From Acidobacteriota bacterium (GTDB lineage Bacteria; Acidobacteriota; UBA890; WLXD01), in assembly GCA_965248695.1 (NCBI GenBank), contig CBDFKD010000002.1, positions 5,504,001 through 5,568,000 of the forward strand: DNA of 64,000 bases. Reading direction: 5' to 3'. Shown piece after piece: positions 9,086 through 18,619 of this stretch. The translations under genes and the position numbers were made by a program. The notes beneath the pieces were generated by a model that saw only the letters and a program-made list of their open reading frames with translations, was not told the DNA's origin and searched no databases. Every line of letters begins with the position of its first letter. Position 1 is the stretch's first letter.

Positions 9086-10792
9086 ATGCGGTTGATCGAT
9101 TCGCGGCGCCTCACGGGCCCTAGCCTGGCGCAGGACAGCCCGGGCGCCGTGCTCGAGGTCGAGCTGTCGCACGATGGCGACGACGCCATCATCGAAGCGT
9201 GGCGGGCCTCGGCGACGGAGCTCCTGGCCGAGCTCGGATGGGGTGACGAGCGTACTGCCGTGCGCCGCTATCCGGGGGGCGCGAGCCTGGCCATCAGCGC
9301 ACCCATCGATGGACTGTACGCCGCCTGCGAGATCAATGAGGCAGCTTGGACCGCGGCCGTGCTCGACGCCGGCTCGGACGCACCGTCCCGCCACACGCTC
9401 CCCGAGTTACGCCAGTTGGTGGCAGACGAGGCAAACCCATCATTGCTGGCACTGGCCGATGCGGCCGCCGCGCACCAGGTCGCGTTCCTGTGCGACGACG
9501 AGCTCGCGTCGGTCGGGCTGGGTTCTGGCTCGCTGGCGTGGCCCGTCGACCGGCTACCAGATCCCGCTGCCGTGGACTGGGACGTCGCACACGACGTGCC
9601 GACGGCGCTGGTCACCGGCACCAACGGCAAGACAACGACCGTACGGATGCTGGCCGCCATCGCCGCCGCCGACCGGTTGCGCGCCGGCAACACGTCCACG
9701 GACGGTGTACAGATCGCCGGCGCCACCATCCTCGAAGGTGACTACACCGGCGGGGAGGGCGCCCGCACCGTGCTGCGCGACCCCCGCGTCGACCTGGCGC
9801 TGCTGGAGACGGCGCGCGGCGGCCTGCTGCGGCGCGGCCTGCCGAACGGACGGGTAGATGTCGCCCACGTGAGCAACGTGGGCACCGACCACCTCGGCGA
9901 ATACGGGGTCACCGATCTAGACGCCCTGGCTCACGTCAAACTGCTCGTGGCGCGGGCCGTGAAGCCCGGAGGAGCGTTGTTGCTGAACGCCGACGACCCG
10001 ATCCTCCAGCGCCACGCCGCATCGACCCGCGTGCCGGTAACCTGGCTCACGCTCGACGCCGCGCCGCCGCCTGGCGATGCCATCGCCAGCGACGTGAGCT
10101 ATGTGCAGCAAGACGGCGACCTCGGACGGCTACGGCACGGTCGGTTCACTCCCCTGCTCACTACCGCCGCCGCTCCCTGCACGATCGGCGGCGCGGCGCG
10201 CCACAACGTCTACAACGCGCTCGCCGCCACAGCGATCGCCGACTCCGTCGGCCTCGCTCCGGATGCCATCCGCTCGGGCTTGGAGACGTTCCGCAGCGAT
10301 GCCACGCAAAACCCCGGCCGCGGCAACCTTTTCGAGCTCGGCAGCCTCAAAGCCTACGCCGATTTCGCGCACAACCCCGAGGGGCTCGAGCTGGTCCTGC
10401 AGATGGCGACCGCGATCCCCGCCAAGCGCCGACTCGTGATCCTCGGTCAGGCTGGCGACCGCGACGACCTGTCGATCGACCGGCTTGCCGAGATCACCTG
10501 GGACGCCCGCCCGGACCGCATCGTGCTCAAACACATGCCGGCGTATCTGCGCGGTAGGCCGGCGGGTGAGGTTGTCGGACGGCTGCGCCAACGACTGCTG
10601 GCCGTGGGAGCGCCCGGCGATCGCATCGAGGTGGCCGATTCGGAGGTCGATGCGGTGCGATCGGCACTCCGGTGGGGGCGGCCCGGCGATCTGCTCTTGT
10701 TACTGCTCCACTCCCAACGCGACGAGGTCTTGCGCATGCTGCAGCAGCTCGTTGCCGTCGGATGGAGTCCCGGGGAGGCGCTGCCCGGCTGA
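9086..10792 (+). CDS. CphA-related Mur-ligase protein lacking the ATP-grasp domain
   Basis: N-terminus parallels CphA (MRLIDSRRLTGPSL), then VTGTNGKTTT, ETARGG, DHLG, LNADD, PGRGN, DFAHN, GDRDD. Confidence 0.8.
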   Translation: MRLIDSRRLTGPSLAQDSPGAVLEVELSHDGDDAIIEAWRASATELLAELGWGDERTAVRRYPGGASLAISAPIDGLYAACEINEAAWTAAVLDAGSDAPSRHTLPELRQLVADEANPSLLALADAAAAHQVAFLCDDELASVGLGSGSLAWPVDRLPDPAAVDWDVAHDVPTALVTGTNGKTTTVRMLAAIAAADRLRAGNTSTDGVQIAGATILEGDYTGGEGARTVLRDPRVDLALLETARGGLLRRGLPNGRVDVAHVSNVGTDHLGEYGVTDLDALAHVKLLVARAVKPGGALLLNADDPILQRHAASTRVPVTWLTLDAAPPPGDAIASDVSYVQQDGDLGRLRHGRFTPLLTTAAAPCTIGGAARHNVYNALAATAIADSVGLAPDAIRSGLETFRSDATQNPGRGNLFELGSLKAYADFAHNPEGLELVLQMATAIPAKRRLVILGQAGDRDDLSIDRLAEITWDARPDRIVLKHMPAYLRGRPAGEVVGRLRQRLLAVGAPGDRIEVADSEVDAVRSALRWGRPGDLLLLLLHSQRDEVLRMLQQLVAVGWSPGEALPG

Positions 10793-10796
10793 CCGG

Positions 10797-12044
10797 TCAG
10801 CCGGCCGCCAGCCGCATGATCTGGCCACAGATATAGGCGCCATACGTGCCCACGGCGTAGCCGAGCACCGCCAGCAATGCTCCAACCGGCGCCAGCGCCG
10901 GGTGGATGGCAGAAGCAACGATCGGTGCAGACGCGGCGCCGCCGACATTCGCCTGGCTGCCGACCGCCATGAAGAACACCGGCGCGCGGATCAACCGTGC
11001 AACGCCGAGCATGATGCCGGCGTGAATGAGCATCCAGACCCCACCGACCACGAAGAGTCCCGGATTGTCGAAAACCGCCATCAGGTTCATTCGCATGCCG
11101 ATCGAGGCGATCAGCACGTAGAGGCACGCCGAGCCGATCTTCGAGGCACCGGCGTGCTCGAGCTTCCGCAACCCGGTGGCCGAAAGAACGATCGCCATCG
11201 TGGTCGCCAGGACCACCAGCCAGAAGAACTGCGACGCGAGGTTATAGATTGCCAGACCCGGGGCGGCGACCGCGATCGCCGGAGCAATCCGATCCGCCAG
11301 GAAATGCGCCACCGCTGTAACACCGAAGCCGGCCGCCAGTATCTGCATCAGATCGGTCAGGCTGGCGATGCGCTCGTGCTCTCGTTGCTCGCGCTCAACG
11401 CGCTCTCGGAGCGCGTCAATGGCGGAGGTATCCGCGCCGGTCCAGGCGTCGATGCGCGCTGCTCGGCCAACCATGAACAGCAGCACCGCAAGCCAAACGT
11501 TGGCGACGATCACATCGACCGCGATCATCGCCGAGAACAGATCGTCGCCGACCTCGAAGACCTCCTTCATCGCCGCCTGATTGGCGCCTCCACCGATCCA
11601 GCTGCCGGCAACGGTGGTAAGGCCGCGCCAGACCGCGTCCGGCCCCGCGCCACCGACGATCGAGGGGTCGACCGCCCCGACCAGTAACACCGCAAGCGGG
11701 CCACCGAGCACGATGCCCACCGTGCCGGTGAAGAACATGATGAGCGCCTTGGGGCCGAGGCGGGCGATGCCGCGCATATCGACGCTGAGGGTCAGTAGAA
11801 CGAGGCTGGCGGGTAACAGGTAGCGCGAGGCCACGAAGTAGAGATTCGAAGACTCACCCGAGATGATGCCCGCGGTGCTGAACAGCGACGGCAGGAAATA
11901 ACAAACGAGAACCGTCGGTACGACGGAGTAAAACCGCTGCCACAGAGGCGACTTGCTGTGCGATGTGGTGAAAACGAACGCCAGCATCGCGAGCAACATG
12001 CCCAACACCACGGCGTCGTTGGTGATCAAGGCGTCGGTCGGCAC
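10797..12044 (-). CDS. DUF819 family integral membrane protein
   Basis: Multi-TM; GSWIGGGANQAAM and GSQANVGGAASAP motifs. Confidence 0.8.
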   Translation of the reverse strand: MPTDALITNDAVVLGMLLAMLAFVFTTSHSKSPLWQRFYSVVPTVLVCYFLPSLFSTAGIISGESSNLYFVASRYLLPASLVLLTLSVDMRGIARLGPKALIMFFTGTVGIVLGGPLAVLLVGAVDPSIVGGAGPDAVWRGLTTVAGSWIGGGANQAAMKEVFEVGDDLFSAMIAVDVIVANVWLAVLLFMVGRAARIDAWTGADTSAIDALRERVEREQREHERIASLTDLMQILAAGFGVTAVAHFLADRIAPAIAVAAPGLAIYNLASQFFWLVVLATTMAIVLSATGLRKLEHAGASKIGSACLYVLIASIGMRMNLMAVFDNPGLFVVGGVWMLIHAGIMLGVARLIRAPVFFMAVGSQANVGGAASAPIVASAIHPALAPVGALLAVLGYAVGTYGAYICGQIMRLAAG

Positions 12045-12163
12045 GGGCTCGGTTTCCCTACGCCGTCACCACGGCGTCGGTGTATCCGATGCCGAGGCTC
12101 CGGTCGCTCCACTAGCCTACAGAGTGCCCGCCAGCGTCGCTACGGAACCGGGCGGGTCATGGG

Positions 12164-13666
12164 CTACCCGGCGATCCGCGCGATTGCCTCCATCGCCTCT
12201 CGCTGCACGCCCCGATCGGCATCCTTCATGGCGTCGAGCAAACCATCGAGCGCCGACTCAGACTCGATCATCCCCAACGCCCAGACGACCTGGCGACGTA
12301 CCTTCACGCGCTCGTCGGTCAGAGCACCCACCAGTGCCGGCACCGCCTCGGGGCTCTCGATCATGCCGAGCGCCCAGGCGGCCTCCGACCGCACATCGCT
12401 GTCGACATCGGTAAGCGTCGCGACGAGCGCATCTACATGCCCCACGTCCTCCATCATGCCGAGAGCGTGCGCCGCGGTGGCACGGATCTCCGCGTCGTCG
12501 TCAGACAGCGCCGTCACCATTGCGGCAGCGACTCGAGCCCGGGTCGCGTCCGACGGCGTCTCGATGCCCCCTTCCTGCCCTGCTCCTGTCTGTACCGCTG
12601 TCTCTGGCGGTGTGCTTGGCGAAGCCCAAGGCTGGAACGCAGCCAGGGGGAGGATCAAGACGAGGGTCGATAGCGCTACTGCCACATGCCAACTCCTGTC
12701 GAGGTTGCGACGCGACTTGCCGGCGCTCAGGAGCGCCAATAGGCGGCCCTCGAGCTGCGACGGGCGCGCCATCGGTAATGAAACGACGTGTGCTGCCCAG
12801 TCGCCGCGTGCGCGCCGCGCGATCTCTAGCAGATGCCTGGCGTACTCTGACCCACGCGCCCCTGTACGGATCACGACGTCATCGCACGCCAGCTCGCGCT
12901 CGGTGCGCAGCCGCATCGCCGCGCGCCACGCCAGCGGGTTGACCCAATGGACGGCGCACGTCGCATGGGCGGCGAGCTGACTGAGACAATCGCCGCGCTT
13001 GATGTGAGCCATCTCGTGCACCAGCACCAGCCGCCGGCGCTGCGTCGACCATCCGTCCGCCTCCGGCGGCAGAACCACCGTTGGGTGGAAGACTCCCCAG
13101 GCCATCGGAACGTCCGCCGCATCGTGCATCCGTACCGGCATCGCAGCCATGTCCAGAAGCGCGGCAACGGCATCGTTCTCGCGCTGGATCCGTCGGCTTG
13201 CCGGCCGTCCCTGCCGCACCATTCGACGCGCGCTGATGATGCCGCATGCCAACCGTGCCGCCAACAACACGACGCCAGTGAGCCAGGCCAGGCCGAGTCC
13301 GCGGGCCAGGTAAGACGGACCATGGTAAGAGGGCTGGATCATCTGCTGCAGTGGGATGAGCATCCGGGGCTCGGTCGCCGGCGGGCCGGCCTCCGGCGTC
13401 ACTGGCCTGGATACACCGTCGGCCGCGGCCACAGGAGCGGCGGCGAGGACGGGTACCGGCAAAGCCGGAACGAGCGGCGTCAGCAGCGGAAGCGCGAGGA
13501 CGCCGACGACGGCGGCCGCCCAGATCAGATGTCGAACGGCTGCCGACGAGCGCGAGAGCCAGCGCGTCGCCAGCTCGGCGGCAAGTAGCAACGCAGCAGC
13601 TTTGACCAGCACCACGAGGAGTGCCGCGGCGAAATCGGCGTCCAGCGCTTCCCACAGTCCGTTCAC
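12164..13666 (-). CDS. M56 (BlaR1/MecR1-like) metallopeptidase with C-terminal HEAT repeats
   Basis: SAAVRHLIW, zinc motif HEMAH, HWVNPLAW, ELACDD; repeated VRxxAAWALGMIES. Confidence 0.9.
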   Translation of the reverse strand: MNGLWEALDADFAAALLVVLVKAAALLLAAELATRWLSRSSAAVRHLIWAAAVVGVLALPLLTPLVPALPVPVLAAAPVAAADGVSRPVTPEAGPPATEPRMLIPLQQMIQPSYHGPSYLARGLGLAWLTGVVLLAARLACGIISARRMVRQGRPASRRIQRENDAVAALLDMAAMPVRMHDAADVPMAWGVFHPTVVLPPEADGWSTQRRRLVLVHEMAHIKRGDCLSQLAAHATCAVHWVNPLAWRAAMRLRTERELACDDVVIRTGARGSEYARHLLEIARRARGDWAAHVVSLPMARPSQLEGRLLALLSAGKSRRNLDRSWHVAVALSTLVLILPLAAFQPWASPSTPPETAVQTGAGQEGGIETPSDATRARVAAAMVTALSDDDAEIRATAAHALGMMEDVGHVDALVATLTDVDSDVRSEAAWALGMIESPEAVPALVGALTDERVKVRRQVVWALGMIESESALDGLLDAMKDADRGVQREAMEAIARIAG

Positions 13667-14058
13667 GACTGCCCTTCCCTGTGGCGTGCGAGATCCACCA
13701 GCTCCGAGAGCCGGTCGAGGTCCTGCTCCGCGAGCGAGCCGGAATCCTCGTCCAGCAGCGCCGCAACGACAGCTTCCCGGGACCCGTCAAAGAACGTGCG
13801 TACGAGGTGCTGGAGGGCACTGCGTCGTGCGTGCTCGCGAGCAACAAGCGGACGGTACACGTATCGCGGGCCGTCTTGCTGATGTTCGATGTGGCCCTTG
13901 TCCTCGAGGACGCGCAGCATTGCGCGCACCGCCGAGTAGCTCGGAGGAGCGGGTAGGAGTGCCCGCACGTCGGCAGCGCTCGAAATACCGCGCTCGTAGA
14001 GGATGTCCATGATCTGACGTTCTCGTCGACTCAGGTCACGGTGTATCGAATCGCTCAT
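13663..14058 (-). CDS. BlaI/MecI/CopY family transcriptional repressor
   Basis: LSRRERQIMDILY, SYSAVRAMLRVLEDKGHI, RYVYRP, FFDGS; overlaps the M56 start. Confidence 0.92.
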   Translation of the reverse strand: MSDSIHRDLSRRERQIMDILYERGISSAADVRALLPAPPSYSAVRAMLRVLEDKGHIEHQQDGPRYVYRPLVAREHARRSALQHLVRTFFDGSREAVVAALLDEDSGSLAEQDLDRLSELVDLARHREGQS

Positions 14059-14133
14059 GGCAACTCGCTGGTCGGGTGGCCCGAGGCGTCGGGGACGTTC
14101 TTCCCCGGGCGGGCCCTACGGTGGTTGACCATG

Positions 14134-14168
14134 TGTTGCTTCTTTAGCATGATGCTAAAACTCTAGCA
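14134..14168. promoter_or_regulatory. Candidate BlaI-type operator (tandem TGCTA-N6-TAGCA palindromes)
   Basis: TGCTA-aaactc-TAGCA at 14153-14168 and degenerate TGTTG-cttctt-TAGCA at 14134-14149, in an AT-rich patch upstream of blaI. Confidence 0.6.
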
Positions 14169-14265
14169 CCAACGGTCGCCCATCGTCAACTACCCTGCGC
14201 GGTATGCTCGGCCCCGTGGTCGCAGCAACCAATGCCTCTTGCCGAGCTTTCGGAGCTACCCCGCC

Positions 14266-15399
14266 ATGTCATATGACGCCATCGTCATCGGTCTGGGTAC
14301 GATGGGGAGCGCGGCAGCATGGCAGCTCGCTGGCCGCGGCTGCTCCGTGCTTGGCGTGGATCGCCACGTTCCACCGCACGCGTTCGGCTCGGCGCACGGT
14401 CGCTCGCGCATCATCCGCACGGCGTACATGGAAGACCCCGCCTATGTGCCCCTGGTGCGCCGGTCCTTCGACCTCTGGCGACAGCTCGAAGATCTGACCC
14501 GCACCGAGCTCTTGCGTAGCACTGGCCTACTGATGATCGGGCTGCCGGACGGCGATGCCGTGTCGGGCAGCCTGGCTAGCGCCCGAACGCACGATCTCCC
14601 CTACGAGCTGCTCGACGCCGCTGAGCTCCGACATCGGTTTCCGGCGTTTGAGCCCGACGATGATCTGGCGGCCTTCTACGAGGAGGTCGCCGGCATTCTG
14701 CCGCCGGAATCGTGCATCGCCGCGCTTCTGGAGGCGGCGGCCGGATCGGGAGCCGAGCTGCGCTACGGCGAGCAGGTGCTCGGATGGGAGCAGGACAGCC
14801 ACGGCGTGCGAGTGCGTACCGATACCGGTGAACATACGGCCCGGTCGCTCGTTGTGACCGCCGGCGCCTGGACGGCGCAGGTACTATCGACATTCGACTT
14901 CAAGCTCACCGTTGAACGCCAGGTGATGCACTGGTTCGAGCCCATCGCCGACCTCGATACGTTCGCCCCAGGTCGATTTCCAGTCTTCCTGTGGGAACCG
15001 CCCGTCGGGCCGGTGCTGTACGGCATGCCAGCGCTCGACGGTCCGGGCGGTGGCGTGAAGGTAGCGATTCACCATAGTGGCGAGACGACGACCGCCGATC
15101 GCATTGATCGCACCGTCCACGAAGCCGATATCGATGCCGTGCGCAGCTGCATGGCCGATCGCATTCCGAGCCTCAACGGACGCTGGCTCGAAGGCACCGT
15201 CTGTATGTATACGAACACACCCGATATGCATTTCATCATCGGCCGGCACCCCGCCGCGGGGCGCGTCTTCGTTGCCACCGGATTCTCCGGCCACGGGTTC
15301 AAGTTCGCCCCTGTAGTGGGCGAGGCGCTCGCCGACCTCGTCATCAACGGCGACACGCAGCTTCCGCTGGAGCCTTTCTCTCCGGCGCGCTTCAGCTGA
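14266..15399 (+). CDS. solA: N-methyl-L-tryptophan oxidase / monomeric sarcosine oxidase family
   Basis: IVIGLGTMGSAAA FAD motif, GSAHGRSRIIR, CMYTNTPD, GFSGHGFKFAP. Confidence 0.85.
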   Translation: MSYDAIVIGLGTMGSAAAWQLAGRGCSVLGVDRHVPPHAFGSAHGRSRIIRTAYMEDPAYVPLVRRSFDLWRQLEDLTRTELLRSTGLLMIGLPDGDAVSGSLASARTHDLPYELLDAAELRHRFPAFEPDDDLAAFYEEVAGILPPESCIAALLEAAAGSGAELRYGEQVLGWEQDSHGVRVRTDTGEHTARSLVVTAGAWTAQVLSTFDFKLTVERQVMHWFEPIADLDTFAPGRFPVFLWEPPVGPVLYGMPALDGPGGGVKVAIHHSGETTTADRIDRTVHEADIDAVRSCMADRIPSLNGRWLEGTVCMYTNTPDMHFIIGRHPAAGRVFVATGFSGHGFKFAPVVGEALADLVINGDTQLPLEPFSPARFS

Positions 15400-15439
15400 T
15401 CGTCCGTTCGAAGCACCACGCGGCGGCCGCCGGCCGCTA

Positions 15440-15729
15440 CTAGTGGTCTGTAACAGATGAACGTTGCCTATCGCAGATGGGATTTGCGGGTGAGATCAAG
15501 GCGCGGCGAGGACGGCGATGCAGTGAGCATCGTCGACGAGGTGCAACGCCGATATCGCCCGCAACTGCCCATCTGTCCGTAGGCCCATCAAGAGAACAGT
15601 GGCGAAATGGACCCGTCTGCCCCGTTGCTCCTCCTCGAAGATGGGCCAACATCGTCTCGTCGGTGCGCCTGGCATCCGAGCCCATTTCGCCACCACGATA
15701 GGCAACGTTCATCTGCTACAGGCCACTAG
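15440..15729. mobile_element. MITE-like inverted-repeat element B, flanked by CTAG
   Basis: 34-bp inverted repeats including CTAG (15440-15473 and 15696-15729, 2 mismatches); homologous to 19816-20094 in opposite orientation. Confidence 0.8.
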
Positions 15730-16676
15730 GAGGGGTTCAAGAGCGTCGCAGGATCGGTGTTGCCGCCGCAGACAAGCACCCCGACCCGGGCGCCATCCTG
15801 CAAGCGATAAGCTCGCGAGAGGAGCGCCGCAAGTGCCGCCGCACCGCCCGGCTCGGCGACCACCCGTAGTCGATCCCACAGCAGCCACCGCGCTCGGAGG
15901 ATCGCTTCGTCGGTAACCAGGACGCTATCGTCGACCCACCTCTGCGCACAGGCGAATCCTGTATCTCCGATGCGACTTGCCCCGAGCGAGTCCTGAGCCA
16001 AGCCGCCGACCGTGACATCCACCGGCTCCCCCTCGGCAAGAGCCCGCGACAGTGTCGGGCAGCCCTCGGGCTCGACCGCCACGACGCGTACCTCGTCACG
16101 AAGCCACGCCGACATCCCGCCGATCAGGCCGCCGCCACCGACCGCGACCAGAACGGCGTCGAGATCACCCGCCTGTTGTTGTAGCTCGAGCCCGACCGTG
16201 CCGGCTCCAGCGACGATCGACGCTTGATCGTACGCATGGACAATCAGCGCACCCGTCTCCTCCGCTCGCGCTTCCGCGGCCTGGCGGGCAACGTTGTAGA
16301 TCTCGCCGCCCTGCACTACCCGAGCTCCGAGCTCATGCAGCCGCGCGACCTTGATCGCAGGCGTGGTTTCCGGCACGAAGATCTCGGCGCGATGGCCGAG
16401 CTCACGCGCCGCGTAGGCCACCGCCTGGGCGTGGTTCCCTCCCGACGCCGCCACCACGCCCACGTCCGGCACGTCGGCGGCGAGCACCCGATTGAAGGCC
16501 CCGCGTGGCTTGAAGGACCCGGTATGCTGCAGCTGCTCGAGCTTGAGCAACAGACGCACGCCCGGCATCTCGAGCTCGGTTCCGTCGACCTCGATAACCG
16601 GCGTGCGACGCACATGCGGCGCGATACGCTCCGCCGCCGCGGTGATCTCGGCGCGTGACGGCGGCACTGCGCTCAT
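15726..16676 (-). CDS. PLP-dependent threonine/serine dehydratase family protein
   Basis: KLEQLQHTGSFKPRGA, ASGGNHA, VGGGGLIGG, EPGGAAALAA, VCGGN. Confidence 0.88.
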   Translation of the reverse strand: MSAVPPSRAEITAAAERIAPHVRRTPVIEVDGTELEMPGVRLLLKLEQLQHTGSFKPRGAFNRVLAADVPDVGVVAASGGNHAQAVAYAARELGHRAEIFVPETTPAIKVARLHELGARVVQGGEIYNVARQAAEARAEETGALIVHAYDQASIVAGAGTVGLELQQQAGDLDAVLVAVGGGGLIGGMSAWLRDEVRVVAVEPEGCPTLSRALAEGEPVDVTVGGLAQDSLGASRIGDTGFACAQRWVDDSVLVTDEAILRARWLLWDRLRVVAEPGGAAALAALLSRAYRLQDGARVGVLVCGGNTDPATLLNPS

Positions 16677-16870
16677 CGGCACCCTCGCCGGTACGGCTCG
16701 ACAGAGCTTCGCATCGTTCCTCCTCTGCTGGCATTCGACCGCGCTTGCGGGTATCGTCAGCCGCCGGCGCGGCGAAGAGCTGACATGGATTCTCCCACTA
16801 GCCGGTCGTTGAAGCGCCCCAGCAGGCGGGTCCCCAGCCCGACCACTCGCTAGCTCCCCGAGCCGACGAG

Positions 16871-18517
16871 ATGCCGCCACCATACGCTACCGATACCTCG
16901 TCGCGCCGCGCCGTCGTTGGCGCCGGTCTCATAGTGTTCGTGAGCTCCGCGCTCATCATGACCCTGGAGATCGTTGCCGCTCGACTCGTGGCGCAGCACC
17001 TCGGCGTGTCGCTCTATACCTGGACTGCGGTGATCGGGGTGGTGCTGGCCGGGATCACGGTGGGCAACTACGTCGGCGGCAAGCTCGCGGACCTGTATCC
17101 GCCGCGCGCCCTCCTGACGACCCTCTTCCTGCTCGCCTCCATGTCGAGCCTCTCGGTGCTGTTCGTTGTCGATTGGATGGGGTCCTGGGAGCGACCGGAG
17201 TACTTTTCGTGGCCGCTTTGGATCCTACGCAACGTCGCCCTCACGTTCATGGCTCCGGCAACCATCATGGGAACGATCTCCCCGGTGGCGGCCAAGCTGG
17301 CCTTGGAGGCACGGCGCGAGGTCGGCGCCACGGTGGGATCACTGTACGCCAGCGGCGCCGCCGGCAGCATTCTCGGCACCTTTCTCACCGGCTATGTCCT
17401 GATTGACGCGTTCGGAACCAAGACCATCGTCTGCGGAATCGCCGCCGGCCTCGGGCTCCTGGGACTGCTGGCGGCCGTCGGCCTGCGCCGCAGTCCGGCC
17501 TCGTTCTTCGTCGTATGGCTGTCGATCTTGTTCCTGGTTTCGGCTCTCTCCGTGGCGCCATGGAGCTGGAGCGAACGGTGGGGTCATTTCCTCGGTCTGC
17601 GTTTCGCCACCGACCATCTCCATTATCAAGACGAGAGCAGTTATTTCTCGATCGAGATCTATGACGCCGAGGACTTCGACAACACCCGTGTGCTGGCGCT
17701 CGATCACCTCGTCCACAGTTACGTCAACATGGACGACGTCACGCAACTGGAGTACGGCTACGAGACAGTCTACGCCGCCGTGACACACCACCTCGCCGAC
17801 ACCGACCAGCCCCTGAGGGCGCTGTTCATCGGCGGCGGCGGCTACACGTTCCCGCGCTATCTGGAAACCCGATTCACGGCATCGGCGATCGACGTCGCGG
17901 AGATCGACCCGGCCGTCAAGCGCGCAGCTCAAGCAGCCCTCGGTCTACCGGCCGATGAGGATACGCGCATCCACACCCACACTATGGACGCACGCAACTA
18001 CGTCGACGATCTCCGGCGGCGCAATCACCGCTCCGCGGACCCGCAGCGGTTCGATTTCGTCTACGGCGACGCATTCAACGACCTCGGCGTGCCGTACCAC
18101 CTGACCACCCAGGGGTTCAACGAACGGCTCGCCGAGGTGATGTCGCCCGAAGGCGTTTACATGATCAACGTCATCGACATCTACCGGGAAGGGCTTGGAG
18201 CGTTTCTGGGCGCCTATGTGGCCACGATACGACGCACCTTCCCGTTCGTGTACGTCTTCGCGGGCGACCCGGACGGACCTACGGACGAACGCGACACATT
18301 CATCGTGGTGAGCTCCGGACGAGCCTTGCCGATCCTGCAGATCGATCCGCAGGAGGGCGTCCCGGACGCATGGGGTCGGGTCTTCGCGTGGGCCGAGCGC
18401 GACCATCTGGGCGGCGAGATGATTACCGTCCTGGACCGGGCCCGTGGTCTGATCCTCACCGACGATTATGCCCCGGTCGACAACCTGCTGGCTCCAGTGT
18501 TCTCAAGCAACGAATGA
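16871..18517 (+). CDS. Fused membrane domain / spermidine-synthase-like SAM-binding protein
   Basis: LEIVAARLV...GVSLYTW TM block; LFIGGGGYTFP, EIDPAV, DAF, LTDDYAPVD. Confidence 0.85.
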   Translation: MPPPYATDTSSRRAVVGAGLIVFVSSALIMTLEIVAARLVAQHLGVSLYTWTAVIGVVLAGITVGNYVGGKLADLYPPRALLTTLFLLASMSSLSVLFVVDWMGSWERPEYFSWPLWILRNVALTFMAPATIMGTISPVAAKLALEARREVGATVGSLYASGAAGSILGTFLTGYVLIDAFGTKTIVCGIAAGLGLLGLLAAVGLRRSPASFFVVWLSILFLVSALSVAPWSWSERWGHFLGLRFATDHLHYQDESSYFSIEIYDAEDFDNTRVLALDHLVHSYVNMDDVTQLEYGYETVYAAVTHHLADTDQPLRALFIGGGGYTFPRYLETRFTASAIDVAEIDPAVKRAAQAALGLPADEDTRIHTHTMDARNYVDDLRRRNHRSADPQRFDFVYGDAFNDLGVPYHLTTQGFNERLAEVMSPEGVYMINVIDIYREGLGAFLGAYVATIRRTFPFVYVFAGDPDGPTDERDTFIVVSSGRALPILQIDPQEGVPDAWGRVFAWAERDHLGGEMITVLDRARGLILTDDYAPVDNLLAPVFSSNE

Positions 18518-18619
18518 GCGCGGTGGGCAGCACTTCGCGACCGGTCAGAACAACGTCCGGGCGGCCAGGCGGCGCCTGCTGACGCACCGACCGACCGGCG
18601 CTTCGCTAGACTCGGCGGC

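Noticed and set aside
15440-15712. Small similar ORFs in elements B and C (MGFAGEIKARRG...)
   Set aside because: Similarity follows from the DNA repeat; frames are not conserved between copies
16871-18517. Polyamine pathway linking the spermidine-synthase-like gene, spdH-like gene and phosphorylase
   Set aside because: The genes are far apart, one is in the mobile island, and this fused family is not shown to make spermidine
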